Below are positions 25,824 to 39,341 of a stretch of 64,000 bases of DNA, piece by piece (the stretch's first letter is position 1; each line of letters starts with the position of its first letter). The translations under genes were made by a program, and so were the position numbers. The notes beneath the pieces are model-generated. The model worked only from the letters and a program-made list of their open reading frames with translations, was not told where the DNA came from and did not search any database. Origin of the DNA: Ginglymostoma cirratum (lineage: Eukaryota); assembly GCA_024137785.1 (NCBI GenBank), contig JAHRHZ010000108.1, forward strand, positions 2,758,855 through 2,822,854. The letters run 5' to 3'.

Positions 25824-28769
25824 TGCGGTTGGGGGAGGGGAGATTTTGACGCTTGTGAAATCCACATTGATACCATTGAGCTGCAGGGTTCCCAGGCTGA
25901 ATATGATTTGCTGTTCCTGCAGCCTTAGGGTGGCATCACTGTGGCATTGTAGGAGGCCCAGGATGGACATGTCATCTGAGGAATGGGAGGGGGAGTTGAA
26001 ATGGTTCGCGACTGGGAGGTGCAGTTGCTGTTGCGAACTGAGCGCAGGTGTTCTGCAAAGTGGTCCCCAAGCCTCTGCTTGGTTTCCCCAATGTAGAGGA
26101 AGCCACAACGGGTACAGCGGATGCAGTATACCACATTGGCAGATGTGCAGGTGAACATCTGCCTGATGTGGAAAGTCTTCTTGGGGCCTGGGATTGGGGT
26201 GAGGGAGGAGGTGTGGGGGCAGGTGTAGCACTTCCTGCGGTTACAGGGAAAAGTGCCAGGTGTGGTGGGGCTGGAGGGGAGTGTGGAGCGGACAAGGGAG
26301 TCGCGGAGGGAGTGGTCCTTCCAGAAGGCAAATAAGGGTGGGGAGGGAAAAATGTCTTTGGTGGTGGGGTCTGATTGCAGATGGCGGAAGTGTCGGAGGA
26401 TGACGTGTTGGATCCGGAGGTTGGTGGGGTGGTACGTGAGGACGAGGGGGATTCTTTTTTGGTTATTATTGCGGGGATGGGGCATGAGGGATGTGTTACG
26501 GGAAATGTGGGAGACACGGTCGAGGGCGTTCTCGACTACTGTGGGGGGGAAGTTGTGGTCCTTGAAGAATGAGGACATCTGAGATGTACGGGAGTGGAAT
26601 GTCTCATCCTGGGAGCAGATGCGGTGGAGGCGAAGGAATTGGGAATAGGGGATGGCATTTTTGCAGGAAGGTGGGTGGGAGGTGGTGTATTCCAGGTAGC
26701 CGTGGGAGTCAGTGGGCTTGAAATGGACATCGGTTTCTGGGTGGTTACCCGAGATGGAGACAGAGAGGTCCAGAAAGGAGAGAGAAGTGTTGGAGATAGT
26801 CCAGGTGAACTTCAGGTTGGAGTGGAAGGTGTTGGTGAAGTGGATGAACTGTTCGAGCTCCTCATGGGAGCACGCGGTGGCGCCGATGCAGTCATCAATG
26901 TAACGGAAGAAGAGGTGGGGTTTAGGGCCAGTGTAGGTATGGAAGAGGGATTATTCCACATAACCTACAAAGAGGCAGGCATAGCTTGGGCCCATGCGGG
27001 TACCCATGGCCACCCCCTTTGTCTGTAGGAAGTGGAAGGAATTGAAAGAAAAGTTGTTGAGGGTGAGGACGAGTTCGGCTAAGCGAATGAGGGTGTCGGT
27101 GGAGGGGGATTGGTCAGTTCTGCGGGACAGGAAGAAGCGGAGGGCCTTTAGGCCATCTGCATGGGGAATACAGGTGTATAGGGACTGGATGTCCATAGTA
27201 AAAATGAGGTGTTGGGGACCGGGGAATTGGAAGTTCTGGAGGAGGTGGAGGGCGTGGGTAGGTAGGGAGTTCCTGGACCAAGGGGGTGAAAATGGAGTCT
27301 AGGTAGGTGGAGATGAGTTCGGTGGGGCAGGAGCAGGCGGAGACAATGGGTCGACCAGGGCATTCAGGTTTGTGGATTTTGGGAAGGAGTCGACCAGGGC
27401 ATTCAGGTTTGTGGGTTTTGGGAAGGATCGACCAGGGCATTCAGGTTTTTTCCCTCTGCTGTGGGAACGTTTTACTTCCTAGTTCACTCCCAGAACATTT
27501 CTGTTCCACAGTGACAACGCAATCCTTAGCCTCCGTTACTGTGAATAAACATTTCATTGAACAAAACATTACAGTCCACGTAAGCAGAAGGAAAAAAAAC
27601 GAAAATACTTGCTACTTGGATGATGTTCAGGGGTAATTCATTAGTTTATTTTCCGTAGCCTTCTGAACCTGTTCATTATGGTCTGGATCCTTTCTAACGG
27701 GGGTCCAACACCGTTCTTCCCATTCTTATGTCTCCCACTCTATCCTTCAATAATTATTTACTATTATTATGTTTGAAGAACAACTTACAATTTATTTTCG
27801 CACAGCCTGCCATCTTTTCCTTATGCGTCCTCTCAGCTTTCCTTATTTCAGCCTTAGCCTCTCTCCAGTCGGTTTCTCAATGTTAAAATGAAATCTGTAT
27901 TACAAAGCTGTTCTGCCGATATTTTCATAAAGAAGGCGTTCAGGAGTTGCCAAAAAGAACTGAAGGGAAAGGATGTGGCATGTTCTATTCAACAAAACGT
28001 TATAGATCGTCATTTATTATTGTATGTGCACACTTCACGTCTATAAACGTAGATAACACAGTGTGGAGCTGGAAGAACACAGCAGGTCAGGCAGCATCGA
28101 AGGAGCAGGAAAGCTGACGTTTCGGATCGGGACCCTTCTTTAGGAAAGGAAAACGTCTATACGTCTGTAAATGTGTCCTGCTTCAACTTGCATTTATGAG
28201 AGCATTACCCCTCGCCCTCCTATGTCTGGTCTTGACGATTCCGAAATATTCATGGCTTTTGTCTCATCTTTTATGCTCGAAAATCAACGTAATCTAAAAC
28301 TCTTCTTCCAAGGGCACAATCGAAGATTATTTTGGGTTTCCCATTCCCTCTCACCCGCTGCGCTTCCCGCCTAAGAAACACCTCCATGTAAAAAGAAAAT
28401 CCATCTTTTCAAATCATGAAGTGGCCTTGTCCCTCTCTATGTCAGTATTCCATTCCTGTTATACATCTATCCGATGTGTCAATGCTGCAATCAATTAATC
28501 ATTGCACCACCCACTGTGGCCCTTCATTCAGCTGTAAAGCCTCTGGGACCTCTGGGATTCCACCTGTAAATATTATCGTCTGTCCATTTACCTGTCCTCT
28601 TTGTGACCCACCATCTTTATAAATCCAATCAGGTGAAGAAGCATGTTACCACCCGCCATAGCACGCATTTAAATTTCACTCAAGGTTCAGGTTAGAGTAA
28701 CCCGCCCTGTAATAACATATTCTGAAATCGACTGCTATTCCCGGATGTAAAGGTGGAAAAACTACGTTT

Positions 28770-28945
28770 AAAATTCCAGTGCACAAGCGATGATGCGCAG
28801 CCCTGATCGAGATGCTCTGTTTTGGGGGAGACAGTAAAAGAAATAACCATCTAGACTCGCGTCAAGAGGTATAATTATATACATGACACGGTTTCCAAGA
28901 ACAGAGGAGGTCTTTGTCCTGGCCAACGTTTAACCTTCAACCAGT
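28770..28945 (+). mobile_element. Ancient DeuSINE/SacSINE1-like relic
   Basis: CCAGTGCA...GAGAC..TAAA...CATGACAC...GTCCTGGCCAAC.TTTA.CCTTCAACCA resembles the Deu domain as I recall it. Confidence 0.5.
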
Positions 28946-28960
28946 ATCGCAAGATATGCG

Positions 28961-29614
28961 AGATAACAAGGTGTGGAGCTGGATGAACACAGCAGACCAA
29001 GCAGCATCATAGGAGCAGAGTCGCGAACCATTTCAACTCCCCCTCCCATTCCTCAGATGATATGTCCACCCTGGGCCTCCTGCAATGCCACAGCGATGCC
29101 ACCCGAAGGCTGCAGGAACATATTCAGCCTGAGAACCCCACAGCCCAATGGTATCAATGTGGATTTCACAAGCTTCAAATTCTCCCCTCCCCAACCACAT
29201 CCCGAAACCAGCCCAGCTCCTCCCCGCCTCCCTAACCTGTTCTTCCTCTCACCTATGCCCTCCTCCTACCTCAAGCCCCACCCCCATCTCCTATCTACTA
29301 ACCTCATCCCGCCCCCTTGACCTGTCCTTCCTCCCTGGACTGACCTATCTACTCCCTACCCCCCACCTACACTCACCTTTACTGGCTCCATCCCCGCCTC
29401 TTTGACCTGTCTGTCTCCTCTATCCATCTTCTATCCGCCTCCCCCCTCTCCCTATTTATTTCAGAACCCTCTTCCCCTCCCCCTTTTCTGATGAAGGGTC
29501 TAGGCTCGAAACGTCAGCCTTCCTGCTCCTCTGATGCTGCTTGGCCTGCTGTGTTCATCCAGCTCTACACCTTGTTATCTCGGATTCTCCAGCATCTGCA
29601 GTACCTATTATCTC
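28961..29614 (+). mobile_element. Short PLE family A copy: inverted 5' arm, GIY-YIG C-terminal remnant and hammerhead terminus
   Basis: 15-bp TSD ATCGCAAGATATGCG (28946-28960) / ATCACAAGATATGCG (29615-29629). Confidence 0.88.
29485..29518 (+). ncRNA. Hammerhead ribozyme motif (family A)
   Basis: TTT CTGATGA A GGGTCTAGGCTC GAAA CGTC AG. Confidence 0.65.
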
Positions 29615-30767
29615 ATCACAAGATATGCGTATCTTTTCATGATCACGTTAACAGTTTGGGGCTGCTTGATTTGTAAATATGTTTGACCACGTTTCCGACA
29701 TCACAACAATGACTAGACTTTTAAAAATCACTTTCCACCGTAAAAACATATTAGGACGTGGGATGGTCGGAAGAGGCTCCATGCTGTTGGTTTTCACGTT
29801 CCAAATCCCCGTGATAGTCAAGATGTTCTTTCGCATTCAAATCGAGTCTCAATTAGTCCACTGAATATTTTACGTTTTCCATCCAAAATATTTTCCTCTT
29901 TGCACTTCGATCTGACTTAATTTATTTTATTCATGTTTTCAATGACACAAAACCTAATTGACATTTATGACAACAACCAAAGAAAATTGAACGAGGGTGT
30001 GAACATTTGTTTTCACCAATACTTGAAGAGACTGGAACGTCTTTTAAGGATCTTCTTTATCAACAGTCATTTATTTTCAGTTGGATCAGTTAGAGGTGAG
30101 AAACTGCCGTTGGAACCGGAAATGCACCTGTCTCGTACTCACTCACCCTTGAACCACAATCGTCACTGTCACCTTACAGCAGCAGCGAGAAACTCCTCCT
30201 AACGAGCTGGTATCAACGTAACATCAAAATTTTTAAAATAGATACTCACGTTATGGTTTACTTTTTTCCCTCCCTGGCGGAAAACTTATATGCAACGTAG
30301 TGAACAGTTCCATCCTTATCTAAAACCAAGTTACAGGTATTAAGTCCCAGAGAGAGGAAGAATAAAAACTGACTGAAACACCCATTTTCACGAGCAGATG
30401 GTAACTGACAATGTAACGGAAATCTCCAGGCAAACAAAACTGTGTAATGCATGGCCATTGTTTACCTCCTGTGAAATCCATACAGAAAACCAGCAGCCTT
30501 GATGCCTGGCACGCATCTAACGCAAAGAAAAGCATGATTTCATAGGTGCAAAATGTTTCCTGCAAGAAAGCAATTTCCACTTCATTGCTCTGTTAAATTA
30601 TGCAACAAGGTTCTGGAGTTTTCTTGTCATTTAAATAAAAATAAGAAGGAACACTTTTAACTGCTTTTCATGATCGTTGTAACTTTATAGTTGCGCCGAG
30701 TACTGCCGGGGGGGTAAAAACGAAGAAAAACTAGGTGCAGGAGGAGGCAGTTCAGCAAATTGAACCT

Positions 30768-30929
30768 GGAAAGCTTGACGTTTCGGGCCTAGACCCTTTA
30801 TCTGAAGAAGGGTCTAGGTCCGAAACGTCAAGCTTTCCTGCTCCTATGATGCTGCTTGGCCTGCTGTGTTCATCCAGCTCTACATCTTGTTATCTCGGAT
30901 TCTCCAGCATCTGCAGTTCCTATTATCTC
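30768..30929 (+). mobile_element. Hairpin mini-PLE family A
   Basis: Inverted arms meet at about 30800; intact CTGAAGA..GAAACGTC core; TSD CAGCAAATT(T)GAACCT. Confidence 0.85.
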
Positions 30930-31913
30930 AGCAAATTTGAACCTGCTCTGCTATTTGATCCAATCAAGGCTGAGCTTATCTCAGCCTCCACTTTTGTACC
31001 GCACCCCATAAACACTTTAACCATTACAAATTAAAAATCTGTCTATCTCCTCCTGAAGTTAACTCAATGTCCTGTCGTCCGTCGCACGCTGGAGTAAGTG
31101 AAGATTCGCGACCCTCTTTGAAAGAAGTAATTGCTCCACAACTCCGCTTTAAATCTCCTACCCTTGTTATAAAGTTTCCATTACAATTTTAATTAGCCCT
31201 CGTTCCCAGTAATGCTGTTGGAACATTGACGTTGCCATTAGTTGGAGGTTGTTGCTCTACACATATCCCCCAAAGCAGTGAGCATTGTGGCACCTGAGCG
31301 TGGATATTGAGAAAAGAGATAGTAGGAACTGCCGATGCTGGAGAATCTGAGATAACAAGGTGTAGAGCTGGATGAACACAGCAGGCCAAGCAGCATCAGA
31401 GGAGCAGGAAAACTGACATTTCGGGTCTGGACCCTTCTTCGGAGGACCCATGTCCTTCGAGACGAAATTTCAGCGATTATCTTGGGCCAGTTTCTACTCG
31501 TCACTTGTTTCATAGCAGTTAGTAGAAGCTACAATGAATTCATTCGCCATTAGTTCCATGCTTGCGGTACTTAATACAGGTAGTTAGCTATTCGGGCTAT
31601 CGATTTTAGACCATTTGTGAAAAGCACCAGATTTCTAAAAAGTGTTTTGTTTGTGACTTTGATTTTCGTTTATTACTGGTCGTGGTCAGAGAATCTCTGC
31701 GAAGCAATGATTTACGAAAGGGACTCGGGCAGAAGGAAGCATTGTAACTTTCGACTGCAACTATAGCACCATTTTTCTTCCGCTGATTGTGGACCCAATA
31801 TGGAGCATCCAACCAGAGGTATAGAATTAAAGATTGTCCTGCTGGGAGCCCTTTAGTGTCCTTCATCCCTTTAGTGCTAGGTGCTTAGAATGGTGTCTTC
31901 AGTTTAATAGTGT

Positions 31914-32535
31914 TAGAAACGTAGAAACATAGGAAATAGGAGCAGGAGGATGCCATTCGGCCCTTCGAGCCTGCTCCTCCATTCTTCACCATCATGGCTG
32001 ATCGTCCAACTCAGTAGCCTAATCCTGCTTTCTCCATATAACCTTTGATCCCATTTGCCCCATGTGCTATATCTAGTTGCCTCTTGAATACATTCAATGT
32101 TTTGGCATCAACTACTTCCTGTGGTAATGGATTCCACAAGCTCACCACTCTTTGGGTGAAGAAATGTCTCCTCGCCTTCATCCTAAATCGTCTACCCGAA
32201 TCTTCATGCTGTGACCCCTGGTTCTGGACACACCCACCATCGGGAACATCCTCCCTGCGTCTACCCTGTCCAGTTCTGTTAGAATTTTATAAGTGTCTAT
32301 GAGATTCCCCCTCATTCGTCTGAACTCTAGCGAAAACAATCCCAACCTAGTCAGTTTCTCCTCATTAGTCAGACCCGCTATCCCTGGAATCAGCCTGGTA
32401 AACCTTTGCTGCACTCCCTCCAGAGCAAGGGCGTCCTTCCTCAGAAAAGGCGACCAAAACTGCACACAACATTCCATGTGTGGCCTCACCAAGGCCCTGT
32501 ATAAATGCAACAACACATTCCCATTCCTGTACTCA
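31914..32535 (-). mobile_element. CR1 3' fragment
   Basis: LYRALVRPHMECCVQFWSP...RRMRGNLI. Confidence 0.88.
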
Positions 32536-34425
32536 AGTTGCGGCCAATGCAGTTAATTTTATCAGCGACAGGAGCTATTTGTACCCTCCTAAACTGACTT
32601 GTTTGGTCATTGTTACGTGGCGATTAACCCTAAATGTGGTGCTGCAGTCTCTCTGAGAGGAACAGCACTCCATATTCGGTGTGATGTGAGTGGCAGAGGA
32701 TGAAGTCAGTATAACATTGGAAAACATACTGTTTTCCAACTGAATACAGATCCCCATCACACCAACAGCTGTAGGTGACCCACAGGAACGTTTGGCTCGA
32801 CTTTGTATTGGTGGCCAGTGTCAACGTGAAATTAGTTTTCTTATGTTCCATTTTTCACGAAACAGGGAGAGAAAAGGACTTAACTCAAGGGAACGGCTTA
32901 TTTTATAGAATTTCTTTCAAATTAAGTTTGCCCTTTGTCGGTTAAGCGAGTTTCAGGAAATAATCTCCGCTTCGATTAAATGGGTCGTCGAGCTGCGAAG
33001 AAATTTCGACTAAATCAAATTCAGAACAAAGGATTTGTCAGCAGAGATGGATAGCACCCTCAATTCGCATGTGCTGACCCTCAGCGAGTTAACATAGCAC
33101 AACTTCAGGCCAGTCTTCATCCAGGACAGCAGTGAAATCATTATGACAGTGTCTGCTTGTCTCTGTAAGTGACGCCAGTTGAACGCGGCAGTTGACTTAA
33201 TTAACAAATACAGAGATAATAGGTACTGCAGATGCTGGAGAATCCGAGATAACAAGGTGTGGAGCTGGATGAACACAGCAGGCCAAGCAGCATCAGAGGA
33301 GCAGGAGTGGCTACTGTACAACTCAACCACTGATTCTATCCTTCTCACCTGAAAGGGTGAATCCCTCAGAAATTACACCATATATGCTTATTATCACATT
33401 AAGCCCAATCTTCAAGGGGGTTGCTTCAAAAGTACCTGTGCAACTTTAATTTTTAAAGTCCTAAAAGTAAAATCTGGGAAACAAGATTATTTACACAGCT
33501 ACAATGTTTTAGAGAAGTGAATTGTAAGTGCAAAATTCGTCCATACTGTGCGAGGTATTTCTGATGTCAATGCCTTTAACTTGCCAAAAGCTGGTTAGGA
33601 AACCATTAAAGAGTAAGTGTTGAATGTTTTCAACGAGTTGGAGTTTTTTTTTATTCAATCATGTCTCACAAAATAATAGCAGCAATGCGGCAGATCATAA
33701 ATCCGAACTGAACTGTGTTAAAACCCTGTGAATTATACGCTAATCCTAGCTTGCTTCCCATCATATCTGCACCAGAGATTTTACAAATTGAACTTCTTCA
33801 ATGCAATTCTCTATTTAAAATGAGAATAAATGACTTTGAGCCCTATTTACTTGCGAAATACCTCCTAAACAAAGCACTGAGCGGATCCATCTAATAACAT
33901 AACTGATCTATCGTGTCAATCAGATACTTCACGAAAGTCAACACGAGAAATATTATCACTTAGCTCATTTCTTAGTGGTGACCATAACCCAGTACATGCA
34001 ACATGATTGTTTTAGGTTCGAGCATAAAGGCACTCAGAAACAGAGGAAGATTAGCCCTCAGGCCTTCTCCTTCATTTGGTAGAATAGTTGTTGAAATTCA
34101 TTATGAACTACCGTTTACCGTAATAGTAGGAACTGCAGATAGTGAACAACCTGAGATAACAAGGTGTAGAGCTGGATGAACACAGCAGGCCAAGCAACAT
34201 CAGAGGAGCAGGAGAGCTTGAAGTTTCGGGCCTAGACCCTTCAGCACTGTTTCTCTCTTCTGAATTCCAGGGTACTAAATTATCTCTCTCACATTCTTAA
34301 ATCTACTTACTTTCGGTAAATGACTCCAGTGAATCGTTTCTCTGCATTGTGAACATTGCTTTTCGTCCCGGCTGCAAATACGCAATCACTGATGTGTTCT
34401 GTACTAAAACCAACGAATCCAAATC

Positions 34426-34605
34426 GGGCCTGGCAGCATCTGTGAAGAAAAAAAATCAGAGTTAACGTTTCGGGTCCGCTTCTGAGGAAGGGTCACCGGA
34501 CGTTAACTCTGATTTTTCTTCACAGATGCTGCCAGACCTGTTGAGCTTTTCTGGCAACTTCTGTTTTTGTTCCTGATTTACAGTATCGTCAGTTCTTTCG
34601 GTTTT
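34426..34605. mobile_element. Hairpin mini-PLE family B; other copies at 3246-3492, 6697-6847 and 14605-14735
   Basis: Inverted arms GCAGCATCTGTGAAGAAAAAAATCAGAGTTAACG; partial core CTGAGGA AGGGTCACCGGA; TSD AATCCAAATC. The 6697 copy has TSD CATGAAACAC(G/A)AGCT. Confidence 0.75.
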
Positions 34606-35409
34606 AAATCCAAATCATAAAATGGTATCGTTAAATTGTTAAAGCATAGCATATTCCCCGTCAGTTCTATACACTGTTTGTCTATCAGGAACGAGATAAC
34701 TCTGCATGTCTTGTTTTGAACAGGATTCTCAATCTCTTACACCACATTCTAATATTTATGCTGATCTACCCCCAACTTTTCTAACACAATAGTATTACAC
34801 ATTTTATTTATTCCGCCTCTCAGTACATAACAGTAACGGTTAGCAGTCCTCTCCGATAAATGTGCTTTCTCATTCACCAATGTCTATGACTGTCTGAAGC
34901 CTGGCGTGGTCCCCCATCATTAGCACATGCAAACGGTTCCAGAAAAACGGCCTGGAACTATGTTGATATTTTGCCCCATATGCACACCAGGCATGCTCAT
35001 CTACCATTCCAAGTATTTTCACAACGTCAAAAACCTTGCGCTCAACATTTAGAAGCTGGAGGCATTTTATTCCTGCACGGTTTAAGATCACACACAAAGG
35101 GTACTATTCCCACATGGCACAAAATTGTAAACAAATAGCCTTAGCTTCTATATACAGAATCAACGAAAACAATTTAAACAAATTTTACATATTTGAGCTT
35201 CTTCTGCAGGAACGTCGCAAACATTTCTGCTGCAAAGTCATCGACCCTGCAAATCCAACTCCAGACCATGAGCAGCGCTATTCTCTTGGTTTGTGTGAAC
35301 CAACAGCTCAGAAGGATAGGAGCAGATTTCTGCAGATGCTGGAGCCTGTATTGAAAACAAAAATACTGGAGATAACAGGGGGTCAGGCAGCATCCATGGA
35401 AAGAAAGCA

Positions 35410-35447
35410 AGCTAACTTTCGAGACTAGATGATTCTTCATCAGAGCT
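35410..35447 (-). ncRNA. Degenerate hammerhead ribozyme motif (family C)
   Basis: Minus strand AGCT CTGATGA AGAATCATCTAGTCTC GAAA GTT AGCT; AGCU/AGCU stem I, but the C after GAAA is missing. Confidence 0.5.
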
Positions 35448-35603
35448 GAAGAGCTCAAAAGGGTCGAAAGCTGTTTCAGTTCTAGAGAAAAATGCTCCAG
35501 AAGTACAATCTGGTTTGATGTGTATCCGCATATACTGATCAAAAAACGTTTTCTTAAAACAGAAGTCTTATTGTAAACACACTTTTAATCAGTCAACTTA
35601 TCA

Positions 35604-35635
35604 GTCCTGAAGAAGGGTAATACCCGAAACGTTAA
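35604..35635 (+). ncRNA. Hammerhead ribozyme motif (variant stem II)
   Basis: CTGAAGA A GGGT AAT ACCC GAAA CGTT AAC; different stem II with pairing preserved. Confidence 0.6.
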
Positions 35636-36869
35636 CTGCTCCTTTCCTCCAGATGCTGCCTGGCCTGCTGTGTTCTTCCAGACTCCTGTTTATCCAACTT
35701 TAAACTTCGGACTTGAATTCTACCTGGATTTCCCTCAACATTAAATACACCGCCCATGAATCAGCATTTAAAAGAACATCTTGAGCTTTCCTTTTGTGTG
35801 GACTGTCATTCAGAGTAGAATAGAAACTCTTAGCACCTCTAACAATTGTCATCTTGATTACTGATGACAAGATCTCAACTTGACAACGTTCCTAACACTG
35901 TAGTCACAGCCAATAATGTTATAATTTATATTTGATAAACCTCATGAAAGTTGAAGATTAGCCACAACATTCAAAATAAATACGTTTCGTTTAAGAAAAT
36001 GTACTAGGAGTCGGCTTCCTGTGAAGGCTCAACGATGTTTTAAATGATAACAGTTTGTCTTTCTCTACCAAAGCAGAATGGTCAGAAAGTTATTAGTGCA
36101 TCTTGCTTTCCAGGTCAGTGAGAAGCTTTACATCAACATATTGTTTTAGCCCTCGATCCTGACATAGACATTGGATCAATCACCATTAACCTCTGGAATG
36201 TATACGAAAATGCTAGGTTATTTTTGCAATTTTGTTCCCTTTTTCCAAATGCGGATGAGATAACACGGTGTGGAGCTGGATGAACACAGCAGGCCATGCA
36301 GCATCAGAGAAGCCGGAAAGCTGACGTTTCGGGCCGAGACCCTTCTTCAGAAAACAGGCTACTGAGGCACATGATCCGACTATATAACTCTGATTGGGCT
36401 TCTTCTTTTGTTTCCGGTATTATAAACAAGCGAATCAGGGCAGCAGCTCTCCCCTTTTATTGATACTGATTAATTATTCTGTTAACTCTGCGGCAACACT
36501 TCAATTGAATTTGAACAGGGTGTTAATGCGAAAGATGCAATTGGATTTCAAATGGATATTAGTATCTATTGTTCTCGTCAGATTCATGACATGTAAGTAT
36601 TTAAATTAATAGATAATTGAATTAAATTAATAGTTAATTGATAGTCACTGGTAGTTCAAATTTACGCCTTCTTCAGTCCTCCTGCTGGAATAATTATATT
36701 TGTAATGATACTTTTCAATGAGTAAGGAGCGTTGTGTGTCCAGTTCGATGTTATTTCGTTAATTTAAAGAGAACAGCAAGTGTGAAGATGTGGGGAGGAA
36801 ATTCGTGGATCAAGTTAGTGGTTTTTTTTGAAAGTGAACAGATGAAGCTGCAGTCTGGGCAAAAGTGAA

Positions 36870-37302
36870 GGCAATCAGGATTGTTTTCGTTGGAGTTCAG
36901 ACAAATGAGAAGGGGTTTGACGGAGACTGATAAAATTCCAATAGGACTGGACAGGGTAGAGGCAGGGAGGATGTTCCCGATGGTGGGTGTGTCCAGAACC
37001 GTGGTTCACAGTCTGAGGATTCGGGGTAGACGATTTAGGATGAAGATGAGGAACTTTTCTTCACCCAAAGAGCCGTGAGCCTGTGGAATTCATTACCACA
37101 GGAAGAAGTTGATGCCACAGCATTGAATGTATTCAAGGGGCGACTAGATATAGCGCTTGGGGCGAACGGAATCAAAGGTTATGGGGAGAAAGCAGGATTA
37201 GGCTATTGAGTTGGACGATCAGCGATGATGGTGAAGGATGGCAGAACAGGCTCGAAGGGCCGAATGACCTCCTCCTGCTCCCATCTTCTATGTTTCCATG
37301 TT
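36870..37302 (+). mobile_element. CR1 3' fragment; same subfamily as 31914-32535, opposite strand
   Basis: FSLEFRQMRRG, GRMFPMVG; shared 3' tail. Confidence 0.85.
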
Positions 37303-39067
37303 TCGAAAGAGAAACGAAGAAGCCTAAAAGCATAAATTCGCAATAAGAGAGTAGAGTGGCACAAAATGCAATCAAAATAACAAATGAAGCGTGTGTCTTT
37401 ATATCAAGGGGACGGACGTACGTCCAAAGACGGGCAGATTAGGTGGATTCGGCGTGTTAAATTGTCCGCAGTGTCCAGGGATGTGCAAGCAGGGTGGATT
37501 AGCCATGGGAAGTGCGGGATCGCGGGGATAGGGAGGGTCTGAGTTGGACTTTCTTCAGAGGGTCGGTGCAGACTCAGTGGGCCGAATAGCCTCTTTCTGC
37601 ACTGTAGGGATTCTATGAAGTAGTGGACGTCAAACCTTACTTGTGTGGAACCGTTTTGAGCAATATTTTTACTGCCTTGTTGAATTCTGTGCACCACACG
37701 CCAGCAATCCATTTGTTTTACGCACAAGTCGTCAAAACAATAATAGGAATAGAATGTTAATTTATGGGCAGAAAGGCACGCAAAGGATGATGAATTGTGG
37801 ACTCTCTCACTACTAAAGTGCCTTTGATTCGGGAATAACGGGTATGTTATGTACAGCGGTTTAGGATGTGCAGAACAGAAACAGGTAAATCATCTAAAAA
37901 GAGAAATTGCGGAGCAGATTATGTTAAACAGGACCTTCCACTCAAATTTCTTCGGCTATCTTACAGTTACCCTAACTCTTCTGGCCTCCCGCATAATTTG
38001 AAACACCTTCCTTGTATTGATTTTACGAAACTGTACAATGATCAGAAGACATTCCATTGTAAACTCTAAGCCTTCTCCAGAAGAGATACATATGCAGTTC
38101 CACATTTCGGTTCGGTCTAAGCTCAAGTCAAGTGAGATTTCTGAAGCAGGATCCCGACCCGAAACATCAGCTTTCCTGCTCCTCTGATGCTGCCTGGGAT
38201 GCTGTGTTCCTCCAACTCCACACTGTGTTATCTCTGACTCCAGCATCGGCAGTTCTTACTATCTCTGAGTAAAATCAGCAGTGTCTTTCGTTGAAAGCAG
38301 AACTGTTTGCATAGCTGCAACGTTTTACTTCCTCGCTTCAGTACAAGAGCTCTGCTCTTCAGTTACTTTCCAATAGATATACCCGGAGCTCTTTGTTTTG
38401 CTGAGGGTGATCTTGATAAGCTGCGTAGTCACTTTCCACATAACCATAAATTAAGATTCCTTTGTTCTTTGCCCTCTTAAGATTGATATTTTTCAAGGAG
38501 CATGTGATCTCCATATACTTACAAACGAACTTACATCAGTTCATACCGATAAATACTGATAATAATTTGAATTTTTTTTGAAGTCTGGAATTAATGATAA
38601 CCATGAATCCATTGTCGATTATTGGAAAATCCCATCTGGTTCACTAATATCCGTTAGGGAAGGCAACTGGCATCGTTACCTGGTCTGGAATATATGCGAC
38701 TCCAGACTCATAGCAATGTGGTTGACTCTTAAGTGCCCTCTGGTCAATTAAGGATGGGCAACACATGCTGGCCTAATCAGCGACACCCTCAACTTGTGAA
38801 TATTGTTTTTAAATTGCCAATTGTTGGCCCCTTTTATACCATTATTAATTTCTGCATTTTGGCAAAGTTGTAGCTTAGCTAAGAAAAGATACATCTCGGG
38901 ATATTGCAGAGTGGGTGTGAGCTGCAAACCAACTGTGAATGAATTAAATTTGGAGCAGGTCTGAGAAGCTGAAAGTTACAAACACGCTCCTGTATTTCTG
39001 GAATATAAATGGAAAATGACACGAATTTCGTTTTTGCTTTATCCGCCGATCACATTGTATATTCCAG

Positions 39068-39341
39068 GTGAAGAGGCAGTTTTGCAATCGTTCCCATCTC
39101 AGACTCCGAGTGAACGGAAGACCGTATCAATACAGTGTCACGCAACCATCTCATTCTCTGCTGTATACTGGTTCGTGCAAACTCCGAATCAGAGCCTAAA
39201 AATGTTGGTCATGGTGACGGGAAGCGAAACGGTGAATAATGGCAGATTTAGAGCTGTCAGTCGAAGGGAAGAGAAAAGCAGCTCTCTGGTAATATCGAGC
39301 TTACATCTAACAGACACCGGAACCTACTTTTGTGCCTTACT
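39068..39341 (+). CDS. T-cell receptor alpha/delta-like variable (V) gene segment, germline configuration
   Basis: TTCCAG acceptor. Open V-set Ig domain: AVLQS...VSIQC (1st Cys), YWFVQTP (conserved Trp), GRF, KSSSLVIS, DTGTYFCAL (2nd Cys). Directly followed by an RSS. Confidence 0.88.

Larger units (their letters stand above)
25341..27447 (-). mobile_element. Penelope-like retroelement (Neptune-type), 5'-truncated and frameshifted: RT, Zn-finger linker, GIY-YIG endonuclease and hammerhead-bearing 3' terminus
   Basis: [38 protein letters not shown] and NVVYCIRC..LYIGET motifs on the minus strand. A 39-bp unit is repeated about 2.5x at the truncated 5' end. Confidence 0.92.

Noticed and set aside
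27507-27550. CACAGTG heptamer as a possible RSS
   Set aside because: No nonamer at 12- or 23-bp spacing.
28725-28905. Apparent V-gene relic (FQC-x13-W-GRQ with one frameshift)
   Set aside because: The nucleotide sequence fits a DeuSINE/SacSINE1-like relic along its length, and there is no second Cys or RSS.
31606-32851. Minus-strand ORFs with faint Ig-like words (GQSLIL..YWVH; NFTLTL..YSC)
   Set aside because: Canonical Cys/Trp spacing, splice sites and RSS are all missing, so the call cannot be supported.
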